A stretch of 48,853 nucleotides of DNA from an uncultured Thermoplasmatales archaeon (GTDB lineage Archaea; Thermoplasmatota; E2; UBA202; DSCA01): assembly GCA_964514975.1 (NCBI GenBank), contig CAZESS010000018.1, positions 1 through 48,853 on the forward strand, written 5' to 3'. The notes under the pieces were generated by a model. It saw only the letters and a program-made list of their open reading frames with translations. It made no database searches and was not told the DNA's origin. A program made the translations under genes and the position numbers. Shown piece by piece: positions 47,879 through 48,853 of this stretch. Numbering within the stretch: position 1 is the first letter of the stretch; the number at the start of each line of letters is the position of its first letter.

Positions 47879-48616
47879 CTATTTTTTCCGCTGTCTGTCT
47901 ATCGCATCTTTCATGCCAATTTTTCCCTGGAGCACCTGCTTCGCCAGCGCCCTGGAAATGGTGACATCCTGGCTAGCTATCCGGCTGCGCCGCTGCACAT
48001 CCCGTATCTCGCCGTCCTTCGGCTCAACCGAGAGCCACCGTTCGACGGGTTTCCCCGGGGTCAGCGCGATGGCGGTAGCGGCCTGGATGTCGTCATGGGT
48101 GTTCGGCGGCGTCGTCGACGTTTCATCCACGATCTCGATTGAGGTGTCCATATCGCGGAGCATGTTGATCATCCGGTTCCTGACCAGCCGGGCACCATGG
48201 CCAACCCGGATGGTGATGTCCCGCTCGCCCCATTTTTCGACGAACGAGCGGATAAGGGAAACCGCCTCGACGGGCGACGCAGCGGTACACCGGCGGAGCG
48301 CGTTTCCCTCGTCGAAGATAGCGACGCCAGGCGTCGCACCCGGGTCCACGCCGATGACGATCTCCGCATCGGCGCTTTTCCGGTGCAATGCGACCAGTGC
48401 CCGGTCGATGAGGGTGTCCATGTCCTGCCCCGGTCGGCGGCATATCACCGTCTCGAACGGGATGGCATGCCGTTCCTGCTCGGTTGTGACGATCGCCTCG
48501 ACCGACGGAGGGATGGGCTCGTCGAAGCTGAGGGAGACAAATGGCACGTTCCGGCGATGGAGTGCCTGTAAAAGGTCATGGTAGAGGACAAAATCCGCGG
48601 TGAGCACCCCTATCAT
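47879..48616 (-). CDS. Archaeal hypothetical protein with RNase H-fold (YqgF-like) domain
   Basis: IVIGVDPGATPGVA, IRVGHG, IVDETSTT, DDIQAATAIAL. Confidence 0.7.
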   Translation of the reverse strand: MIGVLTADFVLYHDLLQALHRRNVPFVSLSFDEPIPPSVEAIVTTEQERHAIPFETVICRRPGQDMDTLIDRALVALHRKSADAEIVIGVDPGATPGVAIFDEGNALRRCTAASPVEAVSLIRSFVEKWGERDITIRVGHGARLVRNRMINMLRDMDTSIEIVDETSTTPPNTHDDIQAATAIALTPGKPVERWLSVEPKDGEIRDVQRRSRIASQDVTISRALAKQVLQGKIGMKDAIDRQRKK

Positions 48617-48803
48617 CGGCTTTTTAACATCGCCCGTTATTTAAGGTTACGGATGGCATACGGCGTGCAACGCCATCGAGAACCGGCGGGTACCGTCCCG
48701 GGCACGGCAAAGGATACCCTCTGGAAAAAACACAAAGCATATAAACCGGGATGGCTATACCGCTTCAAGGGCAAGGAGGAAAACCCTTTTTTAATTTTAT
48801 TAT

Positions 48804-48853
48804 CCTCAATCTAGCGAGAAAACCCTTGCCTTTAGGCAAGGGATGAATCGCTC
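48804..48853 (+). mobile_element. Left end of a second IS200/IS605-family element, truncated by the window edge
   Basis: AGCGAGAAAA-CCCTTGCC-TTTA-GGCAAGGG-ATGAATCGCTC matches the left end at 32540-32580. Confidence 0.8.

Overview
GC-rich archaeal chromosomal window, most likely Thermoplasmatota (Thermoplasmata). The domain call rests on TBP, Rpo6, uS2, uS15, ArcS, the thiolase/HMG-CoA synthase/DUF35 triad, an intron-bearing tRNA-Tyr, DUF835 and presenilin; the phylum call is inference. It holds about 46 CDS and 2 tRNAs. Main content: an acetyl-CoA/acetate block (CoA-transferase-GNAT fusion, ADP-forming acetyl-CoA synthetase, DRTGG protein), two-component genes, a Zn-type ABC importer with a variant NikR, and many peptidases (two caspase-like, C45-like, M28, C1, M42, presenilin, rhomboid). 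Also present: a bacterial-type MetK, a complete tnpA-only IS200/IS605 element, a second IS left end at the window edge, and two frame-broken genes. The most interesting leads are: (1) a rhodanese fused to a minimal sulfur-oxygenase-reductase-like domain that keeps the Cys and His/His/Glu ligands; (2) a luxC-less LuxE plus transglutaminase-like pair behind a REC-DUF835-wHTH regulator and a palindromic promoter; (3) guide/target covariation between two IS ends; (4) phased TATA repeats in front of tbp; (5) a tiny secreted repeat peptide. All family calls come from motif recognition by eye, not database searches.
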